64,000 nt of DNA. Origin: Auanema rhodensis (taxonomy: Eukaryota > Animalia > Nematoda). A program made the translations under genes and the position numbers. This document shows, one piece after another, positions 25,261-37,263 of the stretch; positions within the stretch are counted from its first letter, which is position 1, and each line of letters begins with the position of its first letter. The notes under the pieces are model-generated. The model ran no database searches. It was not told the origin of the DNA and saw only the letters and a program-made list of their open reading frames with translations. The DNA lies in the NCBI GenBank assembly GCA_964057225.1, contig OZ059900.1:26412001-26476000 (forward strand). The letters run 5' to 3'.

Positions 25261-26595
25261 ATGGCTAAATTGATAGATTAAAAATCAGCACAAGCCCTTT
25301 TACCTAATATTAACTATGGTGATATACCAGCGTCGGCATTAGGTGTTGAATCCACTCGTACTGTACAAGTCCCTTTGAAAAATACTTTTCTTCCTCAAGG
25401 ACCATGGGAATTTGTTATAGCTCAAAATTCCAAATCATTCCTCAATCTGAGAAGATGTTGGTTGAATGTAAAATTTAAAATTGTATTCACAAACGGTGAT
25501 CCAGTACCAGACAACCTTGTTTTTGCACCATGTCAACAATTTGCTGCTAGTTTAATACATTCGTATCATTTGAAAATTGGTGATGTTAGCGTGTATGACT
25601 CTACCGTGAATCATGCCTATAAAACATATATCGAGAATATTTTAATGTATAGCAACGATGTTAAAGAGAGCAAACTTGCCATATCAGGCTATTATGCTGA
25701 TAGATATATAGATAATGCATCCAGTGCTGGATTTAGAACGCGTCAAGCGCTTGTAAAAAATGACATATTGTGTGAGATGACTGCTCCCGTCAGTATCGAC
25801 CTATTTAATCAAGAGCGACTGTTTGTAAACTATTCAAAAATGGAGCTAACTGCATATCCAAACCGTGATAACTTTTCAATTGACACTCTAGGCTGGAATA
25901 ATGAAAGCAAAGATGCTGCAATGAAGGAGGAGTTTCCAAACCTGAAAATAGATATCAACGATGTGCACTTGCTCATTCAAGAGTTTGATCTAAACGCTGG
26001 ATTAGCTATGGCTATAGAAGATAAACTCGCAAAGGATCGAATACACTACCCCATGACATCAGTGAAAATGCGCTCTTATTTCATAGAAGGAGGCCGCTTG
26101 GATTCACCTAATAATATATTATTCACGTCTCATACACCAAAACGTGTTGTAGTAGGTCTTGTCGGCGCACACGCTTATAATGGTACTTTTAAACATTCGC
26201 CATTCAACTTTAAACCGTTTGATTTGAAAAATATATACTTGACGCTCAACAATAGGGTAATACCTACCCGTCCTTATAATTTAGAATGGCGATCTTCCTA
26301 TGCCACAGCATATATTGACATGCTGGAAGGTGTGGGACTTGGTTGTACAGATTCATCCAATGGTATTACACCAGCAATATATAAAGCTGGTTTCACATTT
26401 TTTGTATTTGATATTTCTCTTACTGTGCATTCGTCAGAGTTATTTGATGTTATACGACACGGTAATGTAGCCTTGAAATTGGAATTTGGTCAACAAACGC
26501 CGCAAGAGGGCTTATATGCAATTGTTTATGCAGAGTATGACTCTATTCTTTCAATTGACAACAATCGTGCTCCATATATTGATACCAGTTTGTAA
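25261..26595 (+). pseudogene. Major capsid protein (double jelly-roll) with a TAA at codon 7
   Basis: MAKLID*KSAQ is in frame with the 406-aa ORF. Motifs PKRVVVGLV..AYNG...SPFNF and GFTFFVFD are typical of Polinton MCP. Confidence 0.9.
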
Positions 26596-26733
26596 TGTAT
26601 GTAATAAACTCTTTGAAACATTTGATGAGAAGAATAAAATTTATTAATACAACTATACATAAAAATCTATAAATACAACCATATACAAATATACACGCAA
26701 TAATAAAATTTATAAATTCAAATATATTAAAAC

Positions 26734-27586
26734 TTATTCACAATAACCGTAGGGTAAAGTACTATAACCTTGTAGATAACAAAGTTTATCCATTACGACT
26801 CTAGTACTTTTTGTCATATCCATTGTGGATATGGCACCGAGTTGCCTCTTTAACAAGGTTGTATTGGTTTTTAAAACCAATTTCTCTCCATCCATAACGA
26901 GTCCGCGAACCAGTCGCTCCATACTTTCAAAGTTTACCACTGATGCTGCCGAGTGGTCCAACGTCTGAAAATTATAAAATTTTTTGAAAAGTCAAAGCTC
27001 GTTCTTACCACTCCCTTTGCCTTTGTTACATATTTTACATCACCAGCTGCATTTACAAGTTTATAACTATAAACGTTTGCTGCTGGTGACACAAACTTGG
27101 TCATTGACCAACCATCGGGTATTTCAGAGGTTAGTTTACCTAACCATTCACCCTTCATATCCTCAATTGGATCTGGCTCATCCAGGCACCTTTGATAAAT
27201 TAGTGAATCCGTGTCTAAATAATGTAAGTTTAAATTGAATACAAAGTATAAAATTACCAGTGTACACCAAATTCTTTCCAATTTTCTCCATTGCCTTATA
27301 CAATAGTAGCCTTGCATGAGCGGTTGTATAGGCCGCAATAGCTACATTTGTAAAAGGCGGTGGTGCCAAATGTGAATCCTCTGGTACTGTTGTGCAGTAC
27401 GCAACATTATCCACATATTTGAACCCAGTGAGTTCCCTTGCAGGATCAGTAATGATCCTACCAATTTCTGGGTCCTCAACACCAATAATCTTGGTTTGGG
27501 CTTTATCAGGTCTTTGACCCATTTTACCCCAGACACTATAAGCAAATTTGTAATGTATTGTTTTAAAAAGTTTACAAACCTATTTA
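26734..27586 (-). pseudogene. Protein-primed DNA polymerase B, C-terminal exons
   Basis: Exons 27535-27258, 27214-27009 and 26964-26734 with 43-44 nt introns. Splicing restores NS|VWGKMGQ, YT(D)TDS, KAKGV|TL and TLPYGY. Confidence 0.93.
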
Positions 27587-28062
27587 TTTATTGGTTTAAT
27601 GTTCAATATTACAGGTTTAACGAAATGAGCAAATAGTTGTGTAGTAGGATGTATAAGAACCTTACAATAGGAACAGGAAAAATAGGAAACATTATAAAAC
27701 ATAGTTAGGGAGAGAATGATCTGAGAATGAGTTGCAGTGAGCAGTTTCTTTCAAATTTTTCCAGTGAGAACAGGGGGTTTTGTTCAGCGAATTGCTGACC
27801 TCCGGTTGGTAGTTGTTAGGTACGGAGGTACTCATGATTTGAGCCGAGCCCGTTCTAACAATAGGAGGTAACTTGCATTCAATCCGTATGACTCATGTCT
27901 ATAAGATTTGAAGCGAAGTAACAAGAAGTGTAGAAGGGTTGGAAAAAAAGAAATGAAACTGTTGCACTGAGTCATAATCAGAAAAACATTGAAAGGGAAA
28001 AAAACAAAAACGCGAAGAGTAATATGAAAAAAAAAACAAAGAGATTATAACCAAGAATGAAC

Positions 28063-30951
28063 TTAACTACATAAAAATGTGGAAGGATCATGTTGTGAGC
28101 CTCGTAGGGCATTGTAGAGGTGTTTCTTGAAGCTTCCGATTTTTGTTTGTTGAATTAGGTTCTCAGGTAAGGAATTCCATGCCTTTATAGCTCTGTATTC
28201 GATGCCGTTTCTTGAAGTGTTTTTCCGAAGATTCGGAAAAACAACAGTCCATTGGTGTCTACGTAGAGAGTGAGAAAAAAGTTTAATTTCAAAAATTCTG
28301 AATTCTGCCTCAGCTTTAATATGGTTAAAATAAAATAAAAGATCGGTTACCAGCCTTCTGGTTGATAGATCTTCGGCTTGAAGAGTGGTAAGCTGATCGG
28401 CGTAGATAGAAAAAATTCCTGCCCTACAAAAAACTGCACGCAAAAACTTTTTCTGTACGTTTTCTATACGAGCTTTGTTTTTGTTATCCTGTGGTGACCA
28501 TACGACTGATGCGTACTCAAGAATAGGACGAACATAGCAACAAAAAAGTCTAAACATTAAGACCGGTGATCTAGAATGAAAACAACGTAGGATAATGCGG
28601 CATTTTTGAGCTGCCAAGTTGCTAACATAGTTGATGTGACTACCAAATGATAAGTTTTGGTCTGTTAAAACTCCGAGGTCTTTATAGCTTGATGCTAGAG
28701 ACAAAGGGAACTCACCGAAAGAAAACGTTTTTTCAATGTTTTGAGATGAGCTATCATCAGAAAACACCATTATTTTAGTTTTGCTTGTGTTGACTCTCAT
28801 TCCGTTGTTGTTACACCAATCATTAAAAGAATTGAGTGCATTTTGAAGACTTACCCGGTTAGTGCTGTACAGCTTGAGATCGTCAGCAAATAAAGTGGAA
28901 TGAACGTCATCAGGGAGAAAAGATGTGATGTCGTTGATGTAAAAAAGAAAAAGAAGAGGGCCTAAAACAGTACCTTGGGGAACGCCACACAATAAATTGG
29001 TAGAGTTGGAGAGAGAATTATTGACCAAAACTGAGTAAGATCTGTTTGTGATGAAATTTTTGAGAAATGATAGAAGAGAGCCACGCACACCAATGGAGTG
29101 AAGTTTGTGGATGAGTATAGAGTGATTGATGAGGTCAAATGCTTTTGAGAAATCTATGAATGCAACAAAAACTGGTAAGTTTTTATCAATAGATGATCTC
29201 CAAGCAATATGACTGCTGATAATGGCTGAAACCGTATTACGCTTAGGAAGAAAAGCGTGTTGGTTAGAAGATATTGAACCGGTTGAAATGCCAAAGTTGA
29301 GAAGGGGAGAGCTTATAAGACGCTCAAAAACCTTGGAGAGACTAGGAGTAAGAGATATAGGACGATAATTAGAAGGAGTAGAACGATTGCCGGATTTGAA
29401 GATTGGTCGAATCCAAGCTTTTTTCCAAGCAGGAGGACAGGATGAGGAAACGAGAAGATTGTGAAAAATGAAAGCCAGTGGGAGAGTGAGAGAGAAAGCG
29501 CATTGTTTGAGAAAGTAGTAAGGAATTCCGTCCGGAGAAGTTGAAACTCTAAGAGGAAGATGAGAAAGAACCTTGTAGACTTTGTCCGGAGAAATATCTA
29601 TGAAGTCTATGGTAGAAGAAAAAGCAGGGGAAGGATTTATTTTTTTGAAAGAAGATCCTGGTTTGACAAAAAAAGTATCTGCGAAAACAGATGCTTTATC
29701 GCTGTCGGATGAGTACGTGTTGTTTTTACATTTAATGGTGGGGATATCTGAAGTGCATGCTCCAAGACGAGCTCTGCAAAATTGATAGAAAATTCTAGGG
29801 TTGTTGAGAGCTGCGGTTTTCTCTTCTTCAGAAGCAGATTTAAGTTTCAGAAGTCTATCAAGCTTGATAGTCAGTTTTTTGCGATGAAGTTCGTCTCGGG
29901 GGCAGATAGATGAACTAAGTCTGCTGATAAAACTAGAAAGACTAGCAATTTCTTTATCGATTTTGTTCTTTCGTTTTGGCTGCTTATAGGGAACAAACCT
30001 GTTAATGACAGAGTGAATAATTTTGATAAATTTTGTGTAGGAGTCTAGAGGAGTAAGAACGGAAAGTTCCGTAGCAAAGTCGATGCTGGCAAGGTGGTGG
30101 TTAATTATGTTGTAATCCGCCCGAAGAAAATTGAGTTGAGCAAAATTTGGTAAAGAAGAATTGATAGGTGAAACAACGGGAGGAAGAGACAAATCCGATC
30201 TGACAGAGTTGCTGAGTATAGAAAAAATGACAGAGTAGTGGTCGGAGTTACCTAAAGGGGAGAAACGGACTATGTTACTGACCATAGTAGAATTATTTGT
30301 GATGATGTAGTCGAGAATATATTTTCCCCGGGTAGGAAAATTTACCAGCTGATCCGAACAGCTATCTTTCAAAAATTGAAAAATAGATCCACTGGTGGGA
30401 GACGGGCGGGAAGATTCAGAAAGATCCCAGTTGATGTAGGGAAAATTTAAATCACCTGTGATGAGAAATGAACGGTTTTTTATATGGCCAGTAAGATCTG
30501 AAAGATAATGAGAAAAGTCGGAATGAAGAGAAGAGGGAGAGCGGTAACAAACCGAAAAAACTGTGTTGATAGAAGAGATGAGTATGTTGATGAATTGGAC
30601 GGAAGAAGATTGAGAAGAACAAGAAAGTAAGGTAGAGTTAATTGATTTTTTGATGAAGATAAGAGTGCCGCCGCCACGGGCTGTACACTTGTCGGCTCTG
30701 AATAGATTGTAATAGTTACCGAGCGGAATATGATTAGAGTTGAAATTGGGAAAAAGCCAGGATTCTGATATCGCAATGATATCAGGAGATGAAATATTAT
30801 GGATAGTAGTAAGAAAATGAAATTTGTTGAGAATAGAGCGTGCATTATAACAATGAACAGAAAAATTAACAGGGACACAGGAACTGGACGTAGTTGACGG
30901 TTGTGAAGCCTTAACGAAATAACCTGTTCGTATCAGACTCAGGTTGAGATG
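28063..30951 (-). CDS. LINE ORF2: AP endonuclease plus reverse transcriptase, no upstream ATG
   Basis: Manual translation is open from 30951. APE motifs YNARS, ISESWL, GGG, YRSP, GDLN and SDH. RT motifs NYRPISL, DFSKAFD, GVPQGTVLGP and FADD. Confidence 0.93.
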   Translation of the reverse strand, partial: HLNLSLIRTGYFVKASQPSTTSSSCVPVNFSVHCYNARSILNKFHFLTTIHNISSPDIIAISESWLFPNFNSNHIPLGNYYNLFRADKCTARGGGTLIFIKKSINSTLLSCSSQSSSVQFINILISSINTVFSVCYRSPSSLHSDFSHYLSDLTGHIKNRSFLITGDLNFPYINWDLSESSRPSPTSGSIFQFLKDSCSDQLVNFPTRGKYILDYIITNNSTMVSNIVRFSPLGNSDHYSVIFSILSNSVRSDLSLPPVVSPINSSLPNFAQLNFLRADYNIINHHLASIDFATELSVLTPLDSYTKFIKIIHSVINRFVPYKQPKRKNKIDKEIASLSSFISRLSSSICPRDELHRKKLTIKLDRLLKLKSASEEEKTAALNNPRIFYQFCRARLGACTSDIPTIKCKNNTYSSDSDKASVFADTFFVKPGSSFKKINPSPAFSSTIDFIDISPDKVYKVLSHLPLRVSTSPDGIPYYFLKQCAFSLTLPLAFIFHNLLVSSSCPPAWKKAWIRPIFKSGNRSTPSNYRPISLTPSLSKVFERLISSPLLNFGISTGSISSNQHAFLPKRNTVSAIISSHIAWRSSIDKNLPVFVAFIDFSKAFDLINHSILIHKLHSIGVRGSLLSFLKNFITNRSYSVLVNNSLSNSTNLLCGVPQGTVLGPLLFLFYINDITSFLPDDVHSTLFADDLKLYSTNRVSLQNALNSFNDWCNNNGMRVNTSKTKIMVFSDDSSSQNIEKTFSFGEFPLSLASSYKDLGVLTDQNLSFGSHINYVSNLAAQKCRIILRCFHSRSPVLMFRLFCCYVRPILEYASVVWSPQDNKNKARIENVQKKFLRAVFCRAGIFSIYADQLTTLQAEDLSTRRLVTDLLFYFNHIKAEAEFRIFEIKLFSHSLRRHQWTVVFPNLRKNTSRNGIEYRAIKAWNSLPENLIQQTKIGSFKKHLYNALRGSQHDPSTFLCS

Positions 30952-31829
30952 TTATATTAGAACCGCTTTTAGATCTGGTATGGTACTCGGAATTGGTTTT
31001 AGTACAGCGTGGGGGATTTTTCCTCTTTCTGGGGCTCATTGAAAATCTCTCAACCGTAGAAAGAGGTTTGGATCTACCTGCTGAACGGCTATTTCTACCA
31101 GATTTAGAAGGCGGACTGGATATTACAACAGTGTCGGACACAGACGGACAAGGAACGATAGGGTCATTTTGGACCACAGGACAGAGACTGGAGACATTTT
31201 GAGAAGCATTAATGTTTGAGAGAACATGAATAGAGGGTGAAGTTGATTTACGAAGAACCTTGATAAGTTTAAGGTCGCGTACAAGGTAAATTGATTCATC
31301 ATTGTCCAGATTTTTATTTTTAGCTTCCTCACGTAGTTTTTTTTCTATTTCTACCTCGAAAGGAAGATAGTCGCGGCGAATAAAAGTTTTTGACAAACAA
31401 GCAAAGCATTTCGCTTTGTTGGACTTAATGATATCAATAATTTTGTCACGTAAATCAACTGTTGAACATGAAATTACAAGAGGACCAAGAGATTTAGATT
31501 TTAGAGTTGAACGGGTTATAGTAATTTGGTTGCTGTTAATGAGAGAAGTCAAAGTAGAGTCGTTAGATTTTTCAACGACAAGTTTTAGGAGAGAAGTGGG
31601 GTCCGAGGGTAGTTCGGATGAGTCGTGGGGAACACGAAACCACACCGCTCTATTCAAACGATAGGAAAACTTTGACTCCTCAGATCTAACTTTTTGAACC
31701 TGACACAGAACAGTAGAAGAGGATGATTGAGAGGTAGAAGTAACAATAGATTTTGATACATTGAGAAATTTCTTTTCTAAACCCTCAATACGTAACTTGA
31801 AATCGTCTTCGAGATTTTTAATACGCATT
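30911..31829 (-). CDS. LINE ORF1, 5'-truncated
   Basis: Coiled-coil-like start, FIRRDYL..E..LREE and YLVRDLKLIK, resembling CR1 ORF1 C-terminal regions. Confidence 0.7.
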
Positions 31830-31935
31830 TCACGGCGCGGAATGAGGTCACGGCGCGGAATGAGGTCACGGCGCGGAATGAGGTCACGGCGCGGAATGAG
31901 GTCACGGCGCGGAATGAGGTCACGGCGCGGAATGA
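31830..31935. repeat. 18-bp GC-rich tandem repeat (tcacggcgcggaatgagg, ~6 copies) at the LINE 5' junction
   Basis: Units start at 31830, 31848, 31866, 31884, 31902 and 31920. Confidence 0.95.
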
Positions 31936-33416
31936 TCTTCTGCTGCCTCTTCATCGGCTTTCCACATTCCCACAACTGTTGCTCTAGCCAGGCAATGAGT
32001 GTCAGTGTTTTCAATTGTGCCAGGTATTTTGAGTTCGGCATCAAAATAGAAACCAACTCTACCTTCACCAGGCATCAGGCTTGGCTGCACCGGTCTTTCA
32101 TCAAACACATACATTTCAATATTCATTGCCTAGCTAATTACAGCCTCTCGCTTTGATTGCTGTACCTTGCTGATGGCATTCATGATGGCAACGCCATCCA
32201 AATGCTCCCTTCTACGGAAATCCATAAATATGGATCCCTTTTCAAAGGATGGGTGCTCTATTGATAAACAAAATAGCGCTTTTTGTTTATCTGGCACACC
32301 ACTTTCAGCAAGGCACCGATCAAGAAACTCATTAAATAGCCGCGGCATGACAACATGCATTGGCTCATTAATGGCTTCCAAATGTGGGAACGTGAGCGAT
32401 CTAACGACCACGTTGGTGAACCGACCAGTTCGTTTTATGCGTCGGTGTGACCACTATAATACACACTTTTTATAATGGTTATACGCTTTTAATTTAAATA
32501 TAAATAATTTTTGTTTATAACTTTTAATAAATTTACTTTTCTTTAAATTATTTTTATATGCTTTTATTAAAAATAAATGGCATTTGATTTTTAAATATAA
32601 AGTTTTTTCTTTTATAAACATTTGTTAATGTTTAAAAATAAATGAAAAGGTCAAGATGGTGTTTTATTATTTTACTAGTTCAAAATGTTTGAAATATTTA
32701 TAATTTGTAAGAATTTAAAATTGGTTGAAAGAAAGATATAGTATATAGTGAGATGAAATGTAAAGATTTTAAAATGAATGCTGTTCAAAAGAATGAATAT
32801 ATAAGTTTCAAAATACTTGCAATTTGTTTGATAAAAGATATAGATTGAGATGAAATGTAAAGATGTGAGAGAGAGAATTTTATGAATGCAATTGAAAAAG
32901 AGAAATAAATTTCAAAATGTTTTCAAAATATGCAATTGGAGCAAGAGAAAAGTTCATGTTTCAAAAGATATATTATGAAATAATATGTAAATGAAAGATC
33001 GCACCTCTATTTTACAGACATCGTTGAATGTCGCTCCATATCCGACTTGCCCTCCACTGGTTGATGGGGTAGTAGGATCCCATTCGCTTAAAAAGAAAAA
33101 ACTAAATGTTATAATTTTAAAATCGCTTACTCATCACTGTCATCCAAGGTTATTACTTCAATAACCCTTGATGATGAGGGCCCACTGTTAAAAGTGGGTG
33201 ATGTGGGCTCACAGAGCTCGATCCCACCAGCCTCGGTAAACTTTATACGTTTACTAAAAAACAAAATATATATAAAGATTCAAAATTGTGTTAAATTACC
33301 TGAGCTGATTAATCTCTTCATAATCAAATCCTAGCTCTTCACATAAACGTTTATAACTAAAAAAAGAAAAAGTTTACAAACAAATAATCAAAAAGACACA
33401 ACCTATTAGCAGCCAT
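31936..33416 (-). pseudogene. pPolB gene N-terminal exons
   Basis: Exons 33416-33403, 33356-33300, 33253-33131, 33086-33005 and 32453 onward join in frame. Motifs GGQVGYG, ISKVQQS and IENTDTHCLARATVV. In-frame TAG at 32130-32132. Confidence 0.72.
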
Positions 33417-33623
33417 TGTACCTTGATATAATGAATACATCAGTCTACACATTGCTGTTGGCATTGTAATTTGTTATGTAACATGGATTTGGGTACAGCT
33501 GTCAAAACTAGCAGTTGCGATAAACTTTAAAATAAATAAGCATATTGAATACATCTGTTTTTATTGTCCCCGTCGGATTAATTTTTGTTATTAGTTCTTA
33601 TTAAATTAACTTTATGCGTTTCA

Positions 33624-34658
33624 TTGAGGTCAGCGCAACTGTTTGTTAATCCCGTCGTATTTACCTTCAATGTGTGTTCTATTTAGTTATTGTATTGTTA
33701 TATTAGTAAAATAAAGTTTAAAACTAATCTTTTATTATAATTTGAAACCTTTACTTGTTACAATAAATATAATTAATAACAATTTGTAATTTCAAAAATT
33801 AATAATTTAATGTCGTTCTTATCGAATTAACCTTCGATATGGGTTCCATTAAATTTTGGTATTTCATATCGTTCTTATCGAATTAACCTTCGATATGTGT
33901 TCCATTAAATTTTGTATTTCATATCGTTCTTATCGAATTAACCTTCGATATGTGTTCCATTAAATTTTGTATTTCATATCGTTCTTATCGAATTAACCTT
34001 CGATATGTGTTCCATTGAATTACCCATAACAAGTACGGTGAACAAAACGATATACAAAACGATAAAAATTTTATTGATCTTCAAAAATACAAATAAAATA
34101 GTACAAACACAATACAATAAAAAATAAACAAAATAAGTAAACAAACATTATTAATAAATATAATAAAGAAATAGAGAAATAAATAAAATTTAAAAACAAA
34201 TTTATATATTTAAAATTTAAATATAATTTATATATAAAATTTAAAGTTTAAATATAATTTATATATATAAAATTTAAATATAATTTAAATATTTAAAGTT
34301 TAAATATAATATATATATATATATGAAATTTAAATATAATTTAAATATTTAAAATTAAGATTTTTATTTTTACTTAATATATTTAAAAATAATTAAAAAT
34401 ATATACATACATTTGAAAAAGCATATTTAAATTTGATTTTAAAAAAAAAACATGCTTTAAATCATGACTTTTATATTTAAAAAAGGAAAATCCATGAACC
34501 ATGATCCCAAAATATGATTTTAACAGCTGACGCTCAAAAATATATTTTTGACAGCTGACGCGCCCCAAAAGTATGTTTTTAGCAGCTGACGCCCCCAAAA
34601 GTATGTTTTTGACAGCTGTTTGGGGGCGTGGTTAGTAAATTTTGCACGGCTCTCTACT
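33624..34658 (-). repeat. Right terminal inverted repeat of the Maverick
   Basis: Matches the left TIR from ttgaggtcagcgcaactg to tctctact, with 4 rather than 3 internal ~55-bp repeats. Confidence 0.93.
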
Positions 34659-37151
34659 AATCCCAAGCCCCTACAATTTTTATGTTCAATAAAGTACATT
34701 TTTGAATATCTGATGTTCACAGAATATTTCCTAAATCAAAAAACTTTCATCAATGTTGAGTGAACAGTATTTATATCCAGATACATCAGATTTGAATGTA
34801 AGCTGTGTGCATAGAACATACCAGAATCGCAAGCCCCTACAATTTTCACGTTCAATGATATACATTTTCCAAATTCTGATGTTAAGGAATTAATTCTACG
34901 TGACTAAATCAAAATATTTCCATCAAGGTAGTGAAAGATGTTTTTATATCCAGATACACCAGATTTGATTGTAAGTTGTGTGCATAGAACATACCAGAAT
35001 CGCAAGCCCCTACAATTTTCACGTTCAATGATATACATTTTCCAAATTCTGATGTTAAGGAATTAATTCTACGTGCCTAAATCAAAATACTTCCAACAAA
35101 GTTGTGAAAGATGTTTTTATATCCAGATACACCAGATTTGATTGTAAGTTGTGTGCATAGAACATACCAGAATCGCAAGCCCCTACAATTTTCACGTTCA
35201 ATGATGTACATTTTCCAAGTTCTGATGTTTAGGAATTAATTCTACGTGCCTAAATTAAAATACTTTCATCAAAGTTCTGAAAGGTGTATTTATATTTAGA
35301 TAGACCACAATTGATTGCTAGCCGTATTTACAAAAGAGACTAGAATCGCAAGCCCCTACAATTTTTATGTTCAATAATGTACATTTTTAAAATTCTGATG
35401 TTCACAGTATAGTTCTACGCGCCTAAATCAAAATATTATCATCAATGTTGAGTAAACAGTATTTATATCCAGATACATCAGATTTGATTGTAAACAGTGT
35501 GCATAGAACATACCAGAATCGCAAGCCCCTACAATTTTCACGTTCAATGATGTATATTTTCAAATTTCTGATGTTTAGGATTTAATTCTACGTGGCTAAA
35601 TTAAAATACTTCCATCAAGGTTGTGAAAGATGTTTTTATATCCAGGTACACCAGATTTGATTGTAAGTTGTGTGCATAGAACATACCAGAATCGCAAGCC
35701 CCTTCAATTCTCACGTTCAATGATATACATTTTCCAAATTCTGATGTTTAGGAATTAATTCTACGTGCCTAAATCAAAATACTTCCAACAAAGTTGTGAA
35801 AGATGTTTTTATATCCAGATACACCAGATTTGATTGTAAGTTGTGTGCATAGAACATACCAGAATCGCAAGCCCCTACAATTTTCACGTTCAATGATGTA
35901 CATTTTCCAAGTTCTGATGTTTAGGATTTAATTCTACGTGCCTAAATTAAAATACTTTCATCAAAGTTCTGAAAGGTGTATTTATATTCAGATAGACCAC
36001 AATTGATTGTAAGCTGTGTGCATAGAACACACCAGAATCGCAAGCCCCTACAATTTTCACGTTCAATGATGTACATTTTCCAAATTCTGATGTTTAGGAA
36101 TTAATTGTACGTGCCTAAATCAAAATACTTCCATCAAAGTTCTGAAAGGTGTATTTATATTCAGATAGACCACAATTGATTGCTAGCCGTATTTACAAAA
36201 GAGACTAGAATCCCAAGCCCCTACAATTTTTATGTTCAATAAAGTACATTTTCAAATATCTGATGTTCACAGAATATTTCTACGCGCCTAAATCAAAATA
36301 TTTTCATCAATGTTGAGTGAACAGTATTTATATCCAGATACATCAGATTTGATTGTAAGTTGTGTGCATAGAACATACCAGAATCGCAAGCCCCTACAAT
36401 TTTCACGTTCAATGATGTACATTTTCTAAATTTTGATGTTTAGGAATTAATTCTACGTGCCTAAATCAAAATACTTCCATCAAGATTCTGAAAGGTGTAT
36501 TCATATTTAGATAGACCACAATTGAATGCTAGCCGTATTTACAAAAGAAACTAGAATCCCAAGCCCCTACAATGTTTATAACTTAAATCAGAATACTTCA
36601 ATCAAAGTTTTGAAAGGTGTATTTATATTTAGATAGACCACAATTGATTGCTAGCCGTATTTACAAAAGAGACTAGAATCGCAAGCCCCTACAATTTTTA
36701 TGTTCAATAATGTACATTTTTAAAATTCTGATGTTCACAGTATAGTTCTACGCGCCTAAATCAAAATATTATCATCAATGTTGAGTAAACAGTATTTATA
36801 TCCAGATACATCAGATTTGATTGTAAACAGTGTGCATAGAACATACCAGAATCGCAAGCCCCTACAATTTTCACGTTCAATGATGTATATTTTCAAATTT
36901 CTGATGTTTAGGATTTAATTCTACGTGCCTAAATCAGAATACTTCCATCAAGGTTTTGAAAAGAGTATTTATATTCAAATACACCACAATTGATTGCTAG
37001 CCGTATTTACAAAAGATACTAGAATCGAAAGCCCCTCCAATTTTTCTGTTAAATGATGTACATTTTTTAAATTCTGATGTCCACAAAATAGTTCTACGTG
37101 CCTAAATCAAAATGTTTCTATCAATGTTAGGTGAAGTGTATTTATATCCAT
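34659..37151. repeat. 173-bp satellite
   Basis: Same monomer as 1-9149, resuming in phase after the Maverick. Confidence 0.96.
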
Positions 37152-37159
37152 TAATATTA

Positions 37160-37263
37160 GGTACCGGAAAAAGTAATCGACGTTTCAAATTCAAATAGTT
37201 ATTTTTTATATATTTGGCGGGATATAATAAGGTTCAAAAACGTCGATTACTTTTTCCGGTACC
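37160..37263. mobile_element. 104-bp MITE-like element, 26-bp TIRs, 8-bp TSD (Merlin-like)
   Basis: taatatta|ggtaccggaaaaagtaatcgacgttt...aaacgtcgattactttttccggtacc|taatatta. Empty site at 57547-57554. Confidence 0.8.

Larger units (their letters stand above)
27582..31829 (-). mobile_element. CR1-like LINE, 5'-truncated, inserted in pPolB
   Basis: ORF1 remnant, APE-RT ORF2 and a ~480-bp 3' UTR ending in (aaat)n. No TSD. Confidence 0.9.
9150..34658. mobile_element. Maverick/Polinton element, defective
   Basis: Termini are AGTAGAGAGCCGTGC...GCACGGCTCTCTACT with ~1-kb TIRs. Flanks are gatccc (9144-9149) and aatccc (34659-34664), a 6-bp TSD with one mismatch. The core gene set (INT, ATPase, mCP, PRO, MCP, pPolB) is present. 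Confidence 0.97.

Noticed and set aside
22948-31664. Short antisense or alternate-frame ORFs (e.g. 22948, 23721, 24472, 24575, 24975, 25057, 26984, 29582, 30480, 30993, 31416)
   Set aside because: They are shadows of well-supported Maverick or LINE genes. The 30480 ORF is an off-frame reading of the APE domain.
31761-32156. Arg-rich plus-strand ORF (RRGMRS)n as a protamine-like gene
   Set aside because: It is the antisense translation of the 18-bp junction repeat.
9150-34658. Fusogen or captured host toxin/protease cargo in the Maverick
   Set aside because: No long glycoprotein-like or recognisable cargo ORF is visible in this copy.
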